Assembly: GCA_963719945.1 (NCBI GenBank)
Contig: CAVRDX010000004.1
Location: forward strand, 32,001-96,000
Direction of reading: 5' to 3'
Length of the DNA stretch: 64,000 nt
Origin: an uncultured Thermoplasmata archaeon
GTDB taxonomy: Archaea > Thermoplasmatota > Thermoplasmata > UBA10834
Position numbers and translations under genes: made by a program. Below the pieces are notes generated by a model, which ran no database searches, was not told the origin of the DNA, and saw nothing but the letters and a program-made list of their open reading frames with translations. How positions within the stretch are numbered: position 1 is the first letter of the stretch; every line of letters begins with the position of its first letter. Of this stretch, positions 28,327-38,139 are shown one piece after another.

Positions 28327-29772
28327 TCATTCACCGAAAGGTGTCCCTGACCATTTCGACTCGATCCCTCTGTAGAGGACCAACGAAGTTATGAACATCG
28401 ATGTCAGCACCAAGGAGAGACCCGCCAAGGCCACTGTCCAATCGTAGGCTATGCTGAATGAGAGTATGGCGAGGCACACGTCCGGCATGAATGACATTAT
28501 GCTGAATCTGGCCAGGATCTTGGTGTCGAAGAGGAATGTGTTCGTCTTGAGTCCTGTGAGGTATGCCAGGACCAGGACCATGTACAAGGATGTCACGAAC
28601 ATGACGATCAGAGCGAGCCAGAGATATCTGGTCTCATGGTTCAATATGGCGATGGCGACAACGAAGAAGGCAGAGATCCCCAATGTAAGGATGAGGAATA
28701 CTGCGACCCGCACGCGGATCAGTTGGGGGACGGTCACAGGGATCAGAGAGTAGTATTCCGCGAGGTCTATGTTGTTGAGCCAGCTATACATCAGCACCCC
28801 GATGAACCCTACCATCGCGGCGTAGAACACCGTGTTGAATCCTACGGGTATGGAAAGACCGTAGTTCACGAACCAGGCTGTGAACGAGAGGAAGAGCAAT
28901 GGAAGGATGAAAGAGAATGTCATTTTGGCGAGAGTCCCGCTCCTGCGGAGGTCCACGAACTCCTTGGCAGCGAGTGTACGAGAAAGCCCCTTGAAGAACG
29001 GAATGCGATTGTGATATCTGGACAGTGCCTCAGGATATGATTGGGATGACGTGGTCATCCTGACCTCGACCAGAGTGTACGATAGCACAGTCATGCCCAC
29101 CGTCGCGAGTATGGATGCTGTCGCGAATATCGCAGCTGAACCGATGTCCGCACCGAACGGCTGAACGTACGTCTGGAAGCCCAGGGAAGGGATCAACACC
29201 TCAAGAGGCAACAGTCTGAAGGCACCGTGAAGTGAGAATAGGAAAACTATCAGACCAGTGAAAGCGACGAACCATCTGATGCTTCTGATGTAGATGACTG
29301 ACGCCAGGAAACTCATCGAAAGGCCGAGCATGAAAGTCATCAAGATAGCCGAGAAGAAGAGGCCTATGCTCACGTACGAATATCCCATCACTGGAGACGC
29401 CATGAGCAGGCCGCATGTCGCAGGGATCAGCAGAAGGACGACATAGAAGAGAGCGTCACGGAGATATATCCCCAGGAAGGTCTTCTTGAAAGAGATGGGG
29501 AGAAGGAACGGCATGGCGATCAGGTAGTTGCTCCGACCATAACGCCTTTCGAGGTACTGACGCCCCATCATGCCGAATGTCCCGACGCTGAGACCATAGA
29601 TGAACGCTGAAAGGTGCGCGAGATCGATCATCTGTCTGAAGGAGACGGTCTCGAGCATCCTATCCAGGGTGAGCGCGACGACTGACGCGAGGAAGAATAC
29701 GAAGATGGGGAAGCTGAGGAACCTGTCCTGACCTGAATAGGACGTATGTGTCCGAAATTCCTCTTTGAGCAT
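28327..29772 (-). CDS. ABC-2 type exporter permease
   Basis: About 12 TM segments in two halves (MLKEEFR / AAKEFVDLRR). Downstream of an ABC ATPase. Confidence 0.8.
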   Translation of the reverse strand: MLKEEFRTHTSYSGQDRFLSFPIFVFFLASVVALTLDRMLETVSFRQMIDLAHLSAFIYGLSVGTFGMMGRQYLERRYGRSNYLIAMPFLLPISFKKTFLGIYLRDALFYVVLLLIPATCGLLMASPVMGYSYVSIGLFFSAILMTFMLGLSMSFLASVIYIRSIRWFVAFTGLIVFLFSLHGAFRLLPLEVLIPSLGFQTYVQPFGADIGSAAIFATASILATVGMTVLSYTLVEVRMTTSSQSYPEALSRYHNRIPFFKGLSRTLAAKEFVDLRRSGTLAKMTFSFILPLLFLSFTAWFVNYGLSIPVGFNTVFYAAMVGFIGVLMYSWLNNIDLAEYYSLIPVTVPQLIRVRVAVFLILTLGISAFFVVAIAILNHETRYLWLALIVMFVTSLYMVLVLAYLTGLKTNTFLFDTKILARFSIMSFMPDVCLAILSFSIAYDWTVALAGLSLVLTSMFITSLVLYRGIESKWSGTPFGE

Positions 29773-29777
29773 CAGTT

Positions 29778-30509
29778 TCAGGAGGGTCTTCGTAGAGTAT
29801 CCCCTCCGATCACACGCAAGAACAGGCGTTCGAGGTCATCATCCTCTTTGACCAGATCATCCTTCCTGCCCTGAACGGCGACCCTTCCGAGATTCACTAT
29901 AGCCAGCTTGTTGCACAATCTCTCGGCTATCTCGAGAATGTGAGAGCAGAGGAACACGGTACCCCCTTTCGACACATATTCTTCGAGATGTTCCCTGAGC
30001 AGCTTCTGATAGATCGGATCGAGGTTTATGAAGGGCTCATCGAGGAGGAGAAGTTCTGGCTCATGCATGAATGCCGATGCGAGCATGAGTTTCTGGCGCA
30101 TGCCCTTCGACATATCCTTGCATATCGTCCCCTTCTTGCTCTCCAGGTCGAAGAAGGAAAGCCATCTGTCGATGCGATCCTCGAGATTGTCGACTTTTCT
30201 GACCTTCCCCACGAAATATAGGTACTCATAGGCAGTCAGATAGGTAGGAGGACTTTCCACCTCAGGCACGATGCCGACCAGCTCCTTGGCTTTGATAGGG
30301 TTCTTGACCACATCCACTCCGAGCACATCGACCACACCAGATGTTGGCTCCAACTGACCAGTCAGTATACGGATCAAGGTGGTCTTGCCCGCGCCATTCG
30401 GTCCGAAGAAGCCGAAGACATCGCCCTTCTCGACAGTAAGCGAGACCTGATTTAGGGCCTTCATTCCGCCAAAATCCATCACCAGGTCTTTTGCTTCTAT
30501 TACAGCCAT
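29778..30509 (-). CDS. ABC exporter ATP-binding protein
   Basis: GPNGAGKTT, MSKGMRQK, LLLDEP, SHIL. Confidence 0.93.
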   Translation of the reverse strand: MAVIEAKDLVMDFGGMKALNQVSLTVEKGDVFGFFGPNGAGKTTLIRILTGQLEPTSGVVDVLGVDVVKNPIKAKELVGIVPEVESPPTYLTAYEYLYFVGKVRKVDNLEDRIDRWLSFFDLESKKGTICKDMSKGMRQKLMLASAFMHEPELLLLDEPFINLDPIYQKLLREHLEEYVSKGGTVFLCSHILEIAERLCNKLAIVNLGRVAVQGRKDDLVKEDDDLERLFLRVIGGDTLRRPS

Positions 30510-30638
30510 TGTGGCATGAGTTATCCATTAGAACTTATATCAAGTTTGGTCGAGCCGTTACCAACTCGGTGGTTTCCCCAGACGCTTTAAGGTACTCAAG
30601 TGTTATCATGTAGCACGACAAATCGTGTCTGATTATCG

Positions 30639-30971
30639 TTGGAAGGAATCCAAATGAAGGGAAAGGCAGGCAAATCTGTTTTGACGAGCAAGATCGAGGC
30701 CGAGATAGATTTGCTCCAGAGGCATGTTGCGATGCTGAAGGCGATCATGGACAACGAGCCTATCGGCATCATACGCCTGGCGGAGATGCTGGAGTATCCG
30801 CAGCACAAGGTCAGGTATTCTCTTAGGATCCTGGAGCAGGAAGGATTGATCGAACCTTCGCCGGACGGAGCGATCACGACCGACAAGATCCAGGACTTCC
30901 TAGACCATCTGAAGGACATCCTGGAGACGATGAGCTCCACTGTCAATGAGCTGCGGGTGTCTATCGAATAG
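30639..30971 (+). CDS. Conserved archaeal wHTH protein
   Basis: RH...LK....EPIGIIRLA.....P.HKVRYSLRILEQEGLIEPS..GA. Confidence 0.85.
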   Translation: MEGIQMKGKAGKSVLTSKIEAEIDLLQRHVAMLKAIMDNEPIGIIRLAEMLEYPQHKVRYSLRILEQEGLIEPSPDGAITTDKIQDFLDHLKDILETMSSTVNELRVSIE

Positions 30972-31074
30972 TCGATTTGAGCCCCGCCCCATGGTTCTGA
31001 ATGCGCCCGAGATGGCTCCAGTGGCAAAAGGCTTATTAAACTGGTCAGATTAACTGCGCCTGCGAGCCAAGCAT

Positions 31075-31150
31075 GCCGTCGTAGCTCAGTCGGTAGAGCG
31101 TCCGCCTGTTAAGCGGAAGGTCAACGGTTCGAACCCGTTCGACGGCGCCA
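31075..31150 (+). tRNA. tRNA-Asn(GTT), CCA encoded
   Basis: GCCGTCG/CGACGGC acceptor, TCCGC-CTGTTAA-GCGGA anticodon arm, GGTTCGAACCC T arm. TATA-like TTATTAAA upstream. Confidence 0.97.
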
Positions 31151-31169
31151 TATGTTTCTCATCGACCTC

Positions 31170-32141
31170 TCAGCAGGGGTTGGCACGTTCGACTACTGGC
31201 CGCGCTTTCTTGATCAACACGACCATGAATATCAGATAGCACGCACCCACGACCGACATGCCGGCCATCCCTTCCACCTCATGGATCGGGGCCAGTACGA
31301 TGAAGAACAGGACGAGCCCAAGCGCGAGGTTCGCCTTGTGCAAGGAATTCTGGCACCTGCCGAGCCTATGTTCGAGCAGCAGCAAAGCTGCAGCGTTCAC
31401 CATCAAAAGGGTCACGATGGTCACGATAGCTGGCAGGGCGGACAGAACCGCAGATGCGATTACGAAGTCCAGGGATATGAGAGTGAATCCAAATGCGATG
31501 AATCTCGACGGTTTCCACGTAGGCAACTCATGCCTGGCGCTCACCAGATCGATCGGCAACTCTCTCGCGATGAGCACGAAGACGATGGTTATGAGAATGG
31601 AGGCGATGTACTGCAGAGGCGGTGGGTAGTAGTCCTGGATAGATACGAACGCGACCGCAGCGAATGCGATATCTATGAGATATATCGCGCCAACCAGCTT
31701 GAATCGCCTCTGGACCAGAATCCTCTCTTGCCTTAGATGAGGATACCAGAGGTTGAAGATCAATATCGGCAGGCAGATGCTGATCATCGAATGAAAGATG
31801 CTCAGCCAGACCGCCCAGATCCAATTCACCTCGGCGAAACGGCCAAATTCGGAAAGCGTTCCAAGATCAGCCCAACCGGGGTCGAAGAAACTCTTGACCG
31901 CGATGCCTTCCTCGACTATGGCATACGCGAAACCGAGCATGATCGTAGTCGCCCAACCCTTCCTCCAGATCACAGTGAGTTCACGGATCAGCAGAACTCC
32001 TGCACCGTACATTCCGAAAAGGAGCAGGAATCCGAATGGGCTAAAGAACTCGAAAGGTGGAGAAGAGCCTGACAGGAGTTCAGCAGTGATTGGGGACAGG
32101 AGTGCGAGGAACCAGACAGCCCGCCCTTTATCGCTGAACAC
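31170..32141 (-). CDS. Hypothetical polytopic membrane protein
   Basis: LSPITAELLSGS, YGAGVLLIRE, EEG...KSFF.P, and about 10 TM segments. Confidence 0.8.
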   Translation of the reverse strand: MFSDKGRAVWFLALLSPITAELLSGSSPPFEFFSPFGFLLLFGMYGAGVLLIRELTVIWRKGWATTIMLGFAYAIVEEGIAVKSFFDPGWADLGTLSEFGRFAEVNWIWAVWLSIFHSMISICLPILIFNLWYPHLRQERILVQRRFKLVGAIYLIDIAFAAVAFVSIQDYYPPPLQYIASILITIVFVLIARELPIDLVSARHELPTWKPSRFIAFGFTLISLDFVIASAVLSALPAIVTIVTLLMVNAAALLLLEHRLGRCQNSLHKANLALGLVLFFIVLAPIHEVEGMAGMSVVGACYLIFMVVLIKKARPVVERANPC

Positions 32142-32262
32142 ACCCGCATATTGACAGAATGGATATTAATCTCTGCAGCAAAGGAGGGCGAGGACAAGAC
32201 TTATAACCAGCCCTCGTCAGTATACTGAATCCGAAGAACCCAAAGACACGGGACGGTTTGAT

Positions 32263-32820
32263 ATGGCTTGGATAAGGACAATAGACCCCCTAGAAGCGAC
32301 AGACAGGACGAAGGAAGTCTATGAGAGGATAGAGAAGGAGAGGGGACATCTAGCCAATATATTCAGAGCTGAGGGGATGGAGCCTGACATCCTTTCGCAC
32401 CAAGTCGCTATTTACGAGGGTCTGATGATGGGGCCCGGACCTCTTTTGAGGGAGGAGAGGGAGATGATCGCTGTCGTGGTCTCGGCGGCGAACAAGTGCG
32501 CATATGGTGCTGTGCACCATTCGGAAGCGCTTGAGTGCGTGGAGAAAAACCCGAGCGCTCTGAGAAGCCTTCTTGCAGAATACGCCTCGAAGCATGAGAC
32601 TCCTAGGAACAAGGCGCTCCTGGCATATGCCGCGAAGCTCACTCTCGATCCGAAGGATATCACAGCCGATGACATAAAGGACCTAAGGGATGCTGGACTG
32701 ACCGACCAGGAGATCCTCAGAGCGAACCTTATTGCGAGCTACTTCAACTTCTCGAACAGGATCTCTCTCGGACTGGGTGTCGAATTGGAGACCGGCAAGA
32801 CGAGGACCTACAGGTACTGA
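32263..32820 (+). CDS. AhpD/CMD-like peroxidase-related protein (second Cys missing)
   Basis: EREMIAVVVS.ANKCAYG.VHH, DLRDAGLTD.EI, YFNFSNR. Confidence 0.88.
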   Translation: MAWIRTIDPLEATDRTKEVYERIEKERGHLANIFRAEGMEPDILSHQVAIYEGLMMGPGPLLREEREMIAVVVSAANKCAYGAVHHSEALECVEKNPSALRSLLAEYASKHETPRNKALLAYAAKLTLDPKDITADDIKDLRDAGLTDQEILRANLIASYFNFSNRISLGLGVELETGKTRTYRY

Positions 32821-32902
32821 ATGTCGCGTGCCCGACCATGGCCGAGGGAGCGAACAGCACAGAAATCCTAATATGCAATCGGGCGTTTAGGAGCAATCGC
32901 AC

Positions 32903-32998
32903 GGGCCCGTAGCTTAGTCCGGCGGAGCGATTGGCTCATACGGGAATAAGATTCCCTGAGAGACCAGTTGGTCATCGGTTCAAATCCGATCGGGCCCA
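32903..32998 (+). tRNA. tRNA with CAT anticodon, probably tRNA-Ile2(CAU); 22-nt intron 32941-32962 at the canonical 37/38 site
   Basis: GGGCCCG/CGGGCCC-A acceptor (Ile-type; not the initiator AGCGGG type). ATTGG-CTCATA|intron|A-CCAGT. BHB motif with CTCA:TGAG helix and TAC, AGA bulges. Confidence 0.9.
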
Positions 32999-33097
32999 CT
33001 CAATCTAATACTATCATAAATGACAGCACTGGCCTCGTGTCATACGATGAGCCCTGAGCGATACCCTACACAGTGGACGACTGATGTCGACGAGAGC

Positions 33098-33217
33098 TCA
33101 CATTTCTCTCATAGGCTTGTTGCAGCACACCAGGACTCCGACGCCTTCCTTTGTGACCTTCACTTCCTGACCACAGATGTCGCAGTGATATGTCTTGCCA
33201 AGTTTTCCCTTCACCAC
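33098..33217 (-). CDS. Stand-alone desulforedoxin (FeS4 domain), 39 aa
   Basis: Manual translation MVKGKLGKTYHCDICGQEVKVTKEGVGVLVCCNKPMREM has CxxC...CC. RBS GGAGGTGA at 33223-33230. Not in the ORF track. Confidence 0.9.
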   Translation of the reverse strand: MVKGKLGKTYHCDICGQEVKVTKEGVGVLVCCNKPMREM

Positions 33218-33378
33218 ATTTCTCACCTCCAGATAATAGACTGAAGCAGCCTGGGTTTGAATAAACATTTCCCCATAGAAGGAGGACTGGTTTTGCAGGG
33301 ATGACTCTAAAAAGGAGCGTATATGAAAAGTATCGGGTTTGTGGATTTGATATCGAGCAGACAGACCAGTCTATAGCC

Positions 33379-33558
33379 TTAGAATCGGCGTGGTGGTCTG
33401 TGCTTCTGATAACATTCCTTGCAGTACACTGGTCGGCCCTCAGTTGGCTTAAAGGGGACCTGTGTGTCGGCACCACAGTCAGAACACTTCACGTTGTGCA
33501 TTTCGCGTGGGCGTGAATCGTATCCGCCGCGGTTCTGTCTGCGTGGTCTGTCGTCCAT
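33379..33558 (-). CDS. CxxC-x17-CxxC zinc-ribbon protein
   Basis: CSDC-GADTQVPFKPTEGRPVY-CKEC (exactly 17 residues). RBS GGAGGT before ATG 33558. Confidence 0.92.
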   Translation of the reverse strand: MDDRPRRQNRGGYDSRPREMHNVKCSDCGADTQVPFKPTEGRPVYCKECYQKHRPPRRF

Positions 33559-33977
33559 TTGGACTACCTCCATTATATGTTCCCGAACTGTGTGATCAGC
33601 CCGGTATAAACCCTCATGACCTTAACCACTATAATATATGATTTGCGCCAACCCAGATTTTGTGTTGATAGGTATTTGTCGTCGTTTCGAGTGTGATTCG
33701 ACGCCTAAACAGCGAATAATACGACGATTTGTGAACAAATTGGCCATACAGATATGGCAACCGATGATCTTCTTTGCTCGAGAGAAGAGTCGAAAGGCAC
33801 GGCCCCGGATGACCCATCGAGTTGGTTCGAGAAGAAGAGGGTAGTGGGCAAGGTCTGCTAGTCGAGGAGGGGTTTCATGACTCGGACATACACTACACGC
33901 AGCTGGATATAGGTGGCGAATAGAATGCTGGAAACAGTAGTCGCCCGCCATGATCGCTGGTTCTGACAAGAGTGGTT

Positions 33978-34946
33978 TCAGGTCTTCCGATAGTAAGGGT
34001 TGACCAGGTCTTCAAAGCAGGATAGAGCTGCCGCCGCTCCTCCGTGCACTGCCGCGACTATCTGCCGAATACCTCCAGACACATCTCCCGCCGCATAGAC
34101 AAAAGGTACGTTCGTCCTGAATGACTGGTCCACGATTATGAAGCCGCCTGGATCTTGGTTCAACCCGAGCTCGGATGCGAGCTGGCTGCTGGGGACTTCG
34201 CCGATTGCAACGAAGACGCCGTTGACCACTTTCTCTTGCGTGACCCCGGTCTTCAGATCCTTGAGCCTAACCCCGGTCACTCCGCTCTCCCCAAGTATCT
34301 CCTCGACCACAGTGTCGAACAGCACCTGGATCGTCCTTTCAGCAATGCTGTCCTGAAGATGTTTGTCCGCTCTGAACGACTCTCTACGGTGTATTATCGT
34401 CACCCTGCAATCAATCGAATGAAGGTAAAGGGCATCAGTCAACGCGGTGTTTCCTCCACCGATGACGACGACCTCCTTCGTCTTGTAAAAGAACCCGTCG
34501 CAAGTCGCGCAGTAGCTTACGCCTCTGCCAGCCAACTTGTTCTCACCGAGCGCGCCTAGCTTTCTGTGGGTGGCTCCAGTCGCCAGAATAAGGGCTCTGG
34601 AGATGTACTTAGAAGATGTAGTCGATAGCTCGAACCGTTCTCCACTGCGCACTCGTAGGACTTCCTCCCCTTCCCGTATGTCGACATACCTTCTCGCATG
34701 GTCGGCCATCGTATCCATCAGCTTCATGCCCTCGATCTCAGGAAACCCAGGATAGTTCTCGATCATCGGACTGGTGAGGACCTGACCTCCTGGAACCCCT
34801 TTCTCCAATATGATGCAGTTCAGGCCTGCTCGTTTGGCATATATTCCCGCAGCGAGTCCTGCTGGACCCGCGCCTATGATCAAGACATCGAATTCCTGAG
34901 GACTGATATCCGAGGAATCCGAGGATACGCCCTCGATTGTCATCAC
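33978..34946 (-). CDS. trxB: Thioredoxin reductase
   Basis: GAGPAG, IENYPG, GVSYCATCDG, GGGNTA, IHRR, AAGD. Confidence 0.95.
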   Translation of the reverse strand: MMTIEGVSSDSSDISPQEFDVLIIGAGPAGLAAGIYAKRAGLNCIILEKGVPGGQVLTSPMIENYPGFPEIEGMKLMDTMADHARRYVDIREGEEVLRVRSGERFELSTTSSKYISRALILATGATHRKLGALGENKLAGRGVSYCATCDGFFYKTKEVVVIGGGNTALTDALYLHSIDCRVTIIHRRESFRADKHLQDSIAERTIQVLFDTVVEEILGESGVTGVRLKDLKTGVTQEKVVNGVFVAIGEVPSSQLASELGLNQDPGGFIIVDQSFRTNVPFVYAAGDVSGGIRQIVAAVHGGAAAALSCFEDLVNPYYRKT

Positions 34947-35123
34947 GACGTGAATCGACTGGATGATAAATAACGATTGGGCTATCGGACATGGGCCCTA
35001 CGAAATCCATGGCCAATGACTGCGAAGCCAATACAATAAAATACTAACCTGGGCGTTTCTCTGAACTGTCGAGCTATTTCGGATTGTATAGCAGAATTCC
35101 GTCATAGAAGACGGCCACTAACG

Positions 35124-36422
35124 GTGTGCATGGATATGGATACGGGGACGATAACAGCATTCTTGGCAATCGGCTCCATCATATTCCTAGGATTCTTTGG
35201 GAATGTAGTCTTCACAAGATACAGGATACCAGATGTACTGATTCTCATAATCCTTGGCATGGTCATCGGCCCGGATGTATTCGGTGAACGGTTCAATCTG
35301 GTCAGCCATGATGCTCTCGCAGCCATCGACAATTTCAAAGAGCTGTTCCTTTCGGCAGCACTCGTGATAATCCTCTTCGATGGTGGGTTGAGCCTCGACA
35401 TGAGATCCGTCATTGAATCCTTGCGGCTATCCGCGTTCATGTCCATCGTGGCGTTCTTCCTCACATTCATTACCGTCGCCGTCGCACTCCACTTCCTGAT
35501 GAATATTGACATCCTCATCGCCTTGACCATGGGGGCCATAATCGGGGGTACGAGCGGGGCGATCGTGATACCCATTGTAAGCAAGATGAGGATAAGACCA
35601 CAGACAAAAGCCATGCTGATAATGGAGAGCATAACAACGGATGTGCTCGTCATAGTCGTCTCCCTCTCCTTGATCCGCGTGATATTGACAGAGGATCTGA
35701 ACTGGGTCTTGATAACCAGGGACCTTGCTTCGAAATTCTTGGTTGGAGGGGTCGTCGGTTTCGTGGCCGGGACACTATGGCTCTTCGTGCTGCAGAAACT
35801 CCAGAACCAGCCTCTATCATACATGATCACGGTCGCTGCCCTGTTCATCGTCGCAGGAATAGTCGAGCTGTCACCCATCAGCAGCTCTGGGGCGGTCGCC
35901 GCTCTCGCATTCGGATTAGCCATAGGGAACCGTCAGTTCATCAAGCGACGGTTGTCCAGCCTATCACTCACATTATCATCCAATGTGCAGATACAACAAT
36001 TCCATTCTGAGATCACTTTCTTCGTCAGGACTTTCTTCTTCGTCTATCTCGGGCTGTTATTCAGATTCAGTACATTCACCGAGATACACCTGGTCGCGGG
36101 TTTGCTGATGATAAGTGTCATAGTCCTCATCCGATGGATGGCCGCGATGTTCGCATGGAAGCTGGGGAACCTGAACATAGAGGATGCCGAAACTGTCTTC
36201 GCCAGCATGCCGAGAGGACTGGCGGCTGCGGTACTGGCCACGCTTCCAGCAGTTGTCCTGGCAGATTCGGCGATATGGGACCCTGAACTCGGTGTGCTGA
36301 TCTTGAACACCACACTCATCGTGATATTCGGAACCACACTCCTGACCACGATCTTCAGCGTCATGACTGAGAAGGGCATCGACAGTAGACAGAGGAAGGA
36401 GCTCAGGAAGAGACTGAGCTAG
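35124..36422 (+). CDS. Cation:proton antiporter (CPA1/NhaP-like)
   Basis: IILFDGGL, GTSGAIVIP, ESITTD, FFFVYLG, MPRGLAAAVLA. Confidence 0.9.
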   Translation: MCMDMDTGTITAFLAIGSIIFLGFFGNVVFTRYRIPDVLILIILGMVIGPDVFGERFNLVSHDALAAIDNFKELFLSAALVIILFDGGLSLDMRSVIESLRLSAFMSIVAFFLTFITVAVALHFLMNIDILIALTMGAIIGGTSGAIVIPIVSKMRIRPQTKAMLIMESITTDVLVIVVSLSLIRVILTEDLNWVLITRDLASKFLVGGVVGFVAGTLWLFVLQKLQNQPLSYMITVAALFIVAGIVELSPISSSGAVAALAFGLAIGNRQFIKRRLSSLSLTLSSNVQIQQFHSEITFFVRTFFFVYLGLLFRFSTFTEIHLVAGLLMISVIVLIRWMAAMFAWKLGNLNIEDAETVFASMPRGLAAAVLATLPAVVLADSAIWDPELGVLILNTTLIVIFGTTLLTTIFSVMTEKGIDSRQRKELRKRLS

Positions 36423-36435
36423 ATATGATCGCACC

Positions 36436-37608
36436 TCATATCCTCGCAACGACCTCTGCTGCGTACTTCCTCGTGTTAACATAACTGGTTGATCCCATCT
36501 GTCGCGCCACGTCCCAGGTCACAAGTCCATCGGATATCGTCATCTCAAGAGCGTTCTCTATCGACCTTGCGGCTTCGGTCAATCCGATGTGGTCCAGCAT
36601 CATCGCGCCGGAGAGGATGAGCGCGCTGGGATTCGCGATGTCCTTGCCTGCGTACTTCGGCGCCGTCCCGTGGACAGGTTCGAAAACCGCGATGCCGTTG
36701 CCGATGTTCGCGCCTGGCGCGAACCCGAGACCCCCGACTTGAGCAGCACATGCATCGGCGAGATAGTCACCGTTGAGGTTCGGGGCTGCCAACACGGAGT
36801 ACTCATCTGGCCGGGTCAGTATCTGCTGGAACATGTTGTCCGCTATCCGGTCGTTCAACAGGATCTTGCCATCGATATCTGCAGAATCTCTTTCTCTTCC
36901 TTCGAATATCGTCACGTCTGAGAATTCGTCCCTTGCGAGCTCGTATCCCCAGTCGCGGAAGGCTCCTTCGGTGTACTTCATTATGTTCCCCTTGTGAACG
37001 AGTGTGACCGACTTCCTTCGATGCCTGATCCCATACTCTATGGCTGCTCGGATCAGCCTCTTCGATGAGGATTCGGATATCGGTTTGAGCCCGAGGCCGG
37101 AGTCCTCAGAAATATCGACACCCAGATCAGATTTGAGGAACTGTCTCAATCTACCCAGTTCCTCTGAACCGCGCTTCCACTCCAGGCCTTTGTAGACGTC
37201 TTCAGTGTTCTCGCGGAATATGACCAGGTTCATCTTCTCAGGATTCTTGACAGGACTAGGAACCCCGCGGAAGTGACGAACCGGTCGGACAGATGAATAG
37301 AGATCCAACACCTGCCTGAGGGTGACGTTCAGGCTCCTTATCCCCCCGCCTACAGGAGTCGTCAATGGTCCTTTGATTGCGATGCCGACCTCCTTTATCC
37401 TGTCTATCGTCGAACGAGGCAGCCATTCGCCAGTAGCATCGAATGATTCCTGTCCGGCCATCAAGTGTTCCCATTTGACCCGGACCCGGTCGACGGTGGT
37501 CTTTTCGATGGCCGCTTCGATCACTGCCTGGGCGGCTATTGTGATATCGGGACCGATCCCGTCACCTGGGATGAACGGTACCAGCAGCTCTCGGTTTTCA
37601 AAAGACAT
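36436..37608 (-). CDS. icd: Isocitrate dehydrogenase (NADP+, prokaryotic type)
   Basis: [64 protein letters not shown]. Confidence 0.95.
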   Translation of the reverse strand: MSFENRELLVPFIPGDGIGPDITIAAQAVIEAAIEKTTVDRVRVKWEHLMAGQESFDATGEWLPRSTIDRIKEVGIAIKGPLTTPVGGGIRSLNVTLRQVLDLYSSVRPVRHFRGVPSPVKNPEKMNLVIFRENTEDVYKGLEWKRGSEELGRLRQFLKSDLGVDISEDSGLGLKPISESSSKRLIRAAIEYGIRHRRKSVTLVHKGNIMKYTEGAFRDWGYELARDEFSDVTIFEGRERDSADIDGKILLNDRIADNMFQQILTRPDEYSVLAAPNLNGDYLADACAAQVGGLGFAPGANIGNGIAVFEPVHGTAPKYAGKDIANPSALILSGAMMLDHIGLTEAARSIENALEMTISDGLVTWDVARQMGSTSYVNTRKYAAEVVARI

Positions 37609-37614
37609 CCATCA

Positions 37615-38139
37615 TCACTCCGTCCTATCGGTTGCCAAAGAGAAACCATTGTGTTTCATTATGTGAGAAGTGAGACCGCCGTCGGATAGCAGAGTCTGCA
37701 TGACCTGCGGGATTCTAGAAGTGGACACTACCGTGCCTGTCGATTCCCGACGGACTTCGCCCTTCGATAGATCCACCTCTATCGTGTCACCGCTGCGCAT
37801 CCAACCTGTTTCACAAGTCATCAGAGGAAGGCCGATGTTGAACGCACTCCTGTAGAATATTCGAGCGAAAGACTCTGCCAGTATTACGGACACGCCAGCA
37901 GCCTTGAGAGCTCTAGGAGCCTGCTCTCGACTCGAACCACATCCGAAATTGCGACCTGCAACTATGATGTCGCCTTGCTCGACCCGATCTGCAAAATCTG
38001 GGTCGATGTCTTCCATCACATGCTCGGCCAGCTTCCGGATGTCATCTATCTTGAACTTGTACCTTCCTGAGATTATGTAGTCGGTGTTGATGTTGTCGTT
38101 AGGATCGAATCTATGAACCCGCCCGCGAAGAACTGTCAA
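37615..38139 (-). CDS. LeuD/HacB-type dehydratase small subunit (probably an aconitase subunit)
   Basis: [36 protein letters not shown]. Confidence 0.9.
   Translation of the reverse strand: MTVLRGRVHRFDPNDNINTDYIISGRYKFKIDDIRKLAEHVMEDIDPDFADRVEQGDIIVAGRNFGCGSSREQAPRALKAAGVSVILAESFARIFYRSAFNIGLPLMTCETGWMRSGDTIEVDLSKGEVRRESTGTVVSTSRIPQVMQTLLSDGGLTSHIMKHNGFSLATDRTE

Noticed and set aside
31075-33000. Integrated element between tRNA-Asn and tRNA(CAT), or next to tRNA-Phe
   Set aside because: No integrase, att duplication or mobile genes.
33600-33970. ~370-nt gap with several short ORFs, or a possible ncRNA
   Set aside because: No ORF has a motif or convincing support, and I could not recognise an SRP, RNase P or sRNA structure. 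Left unassigned.
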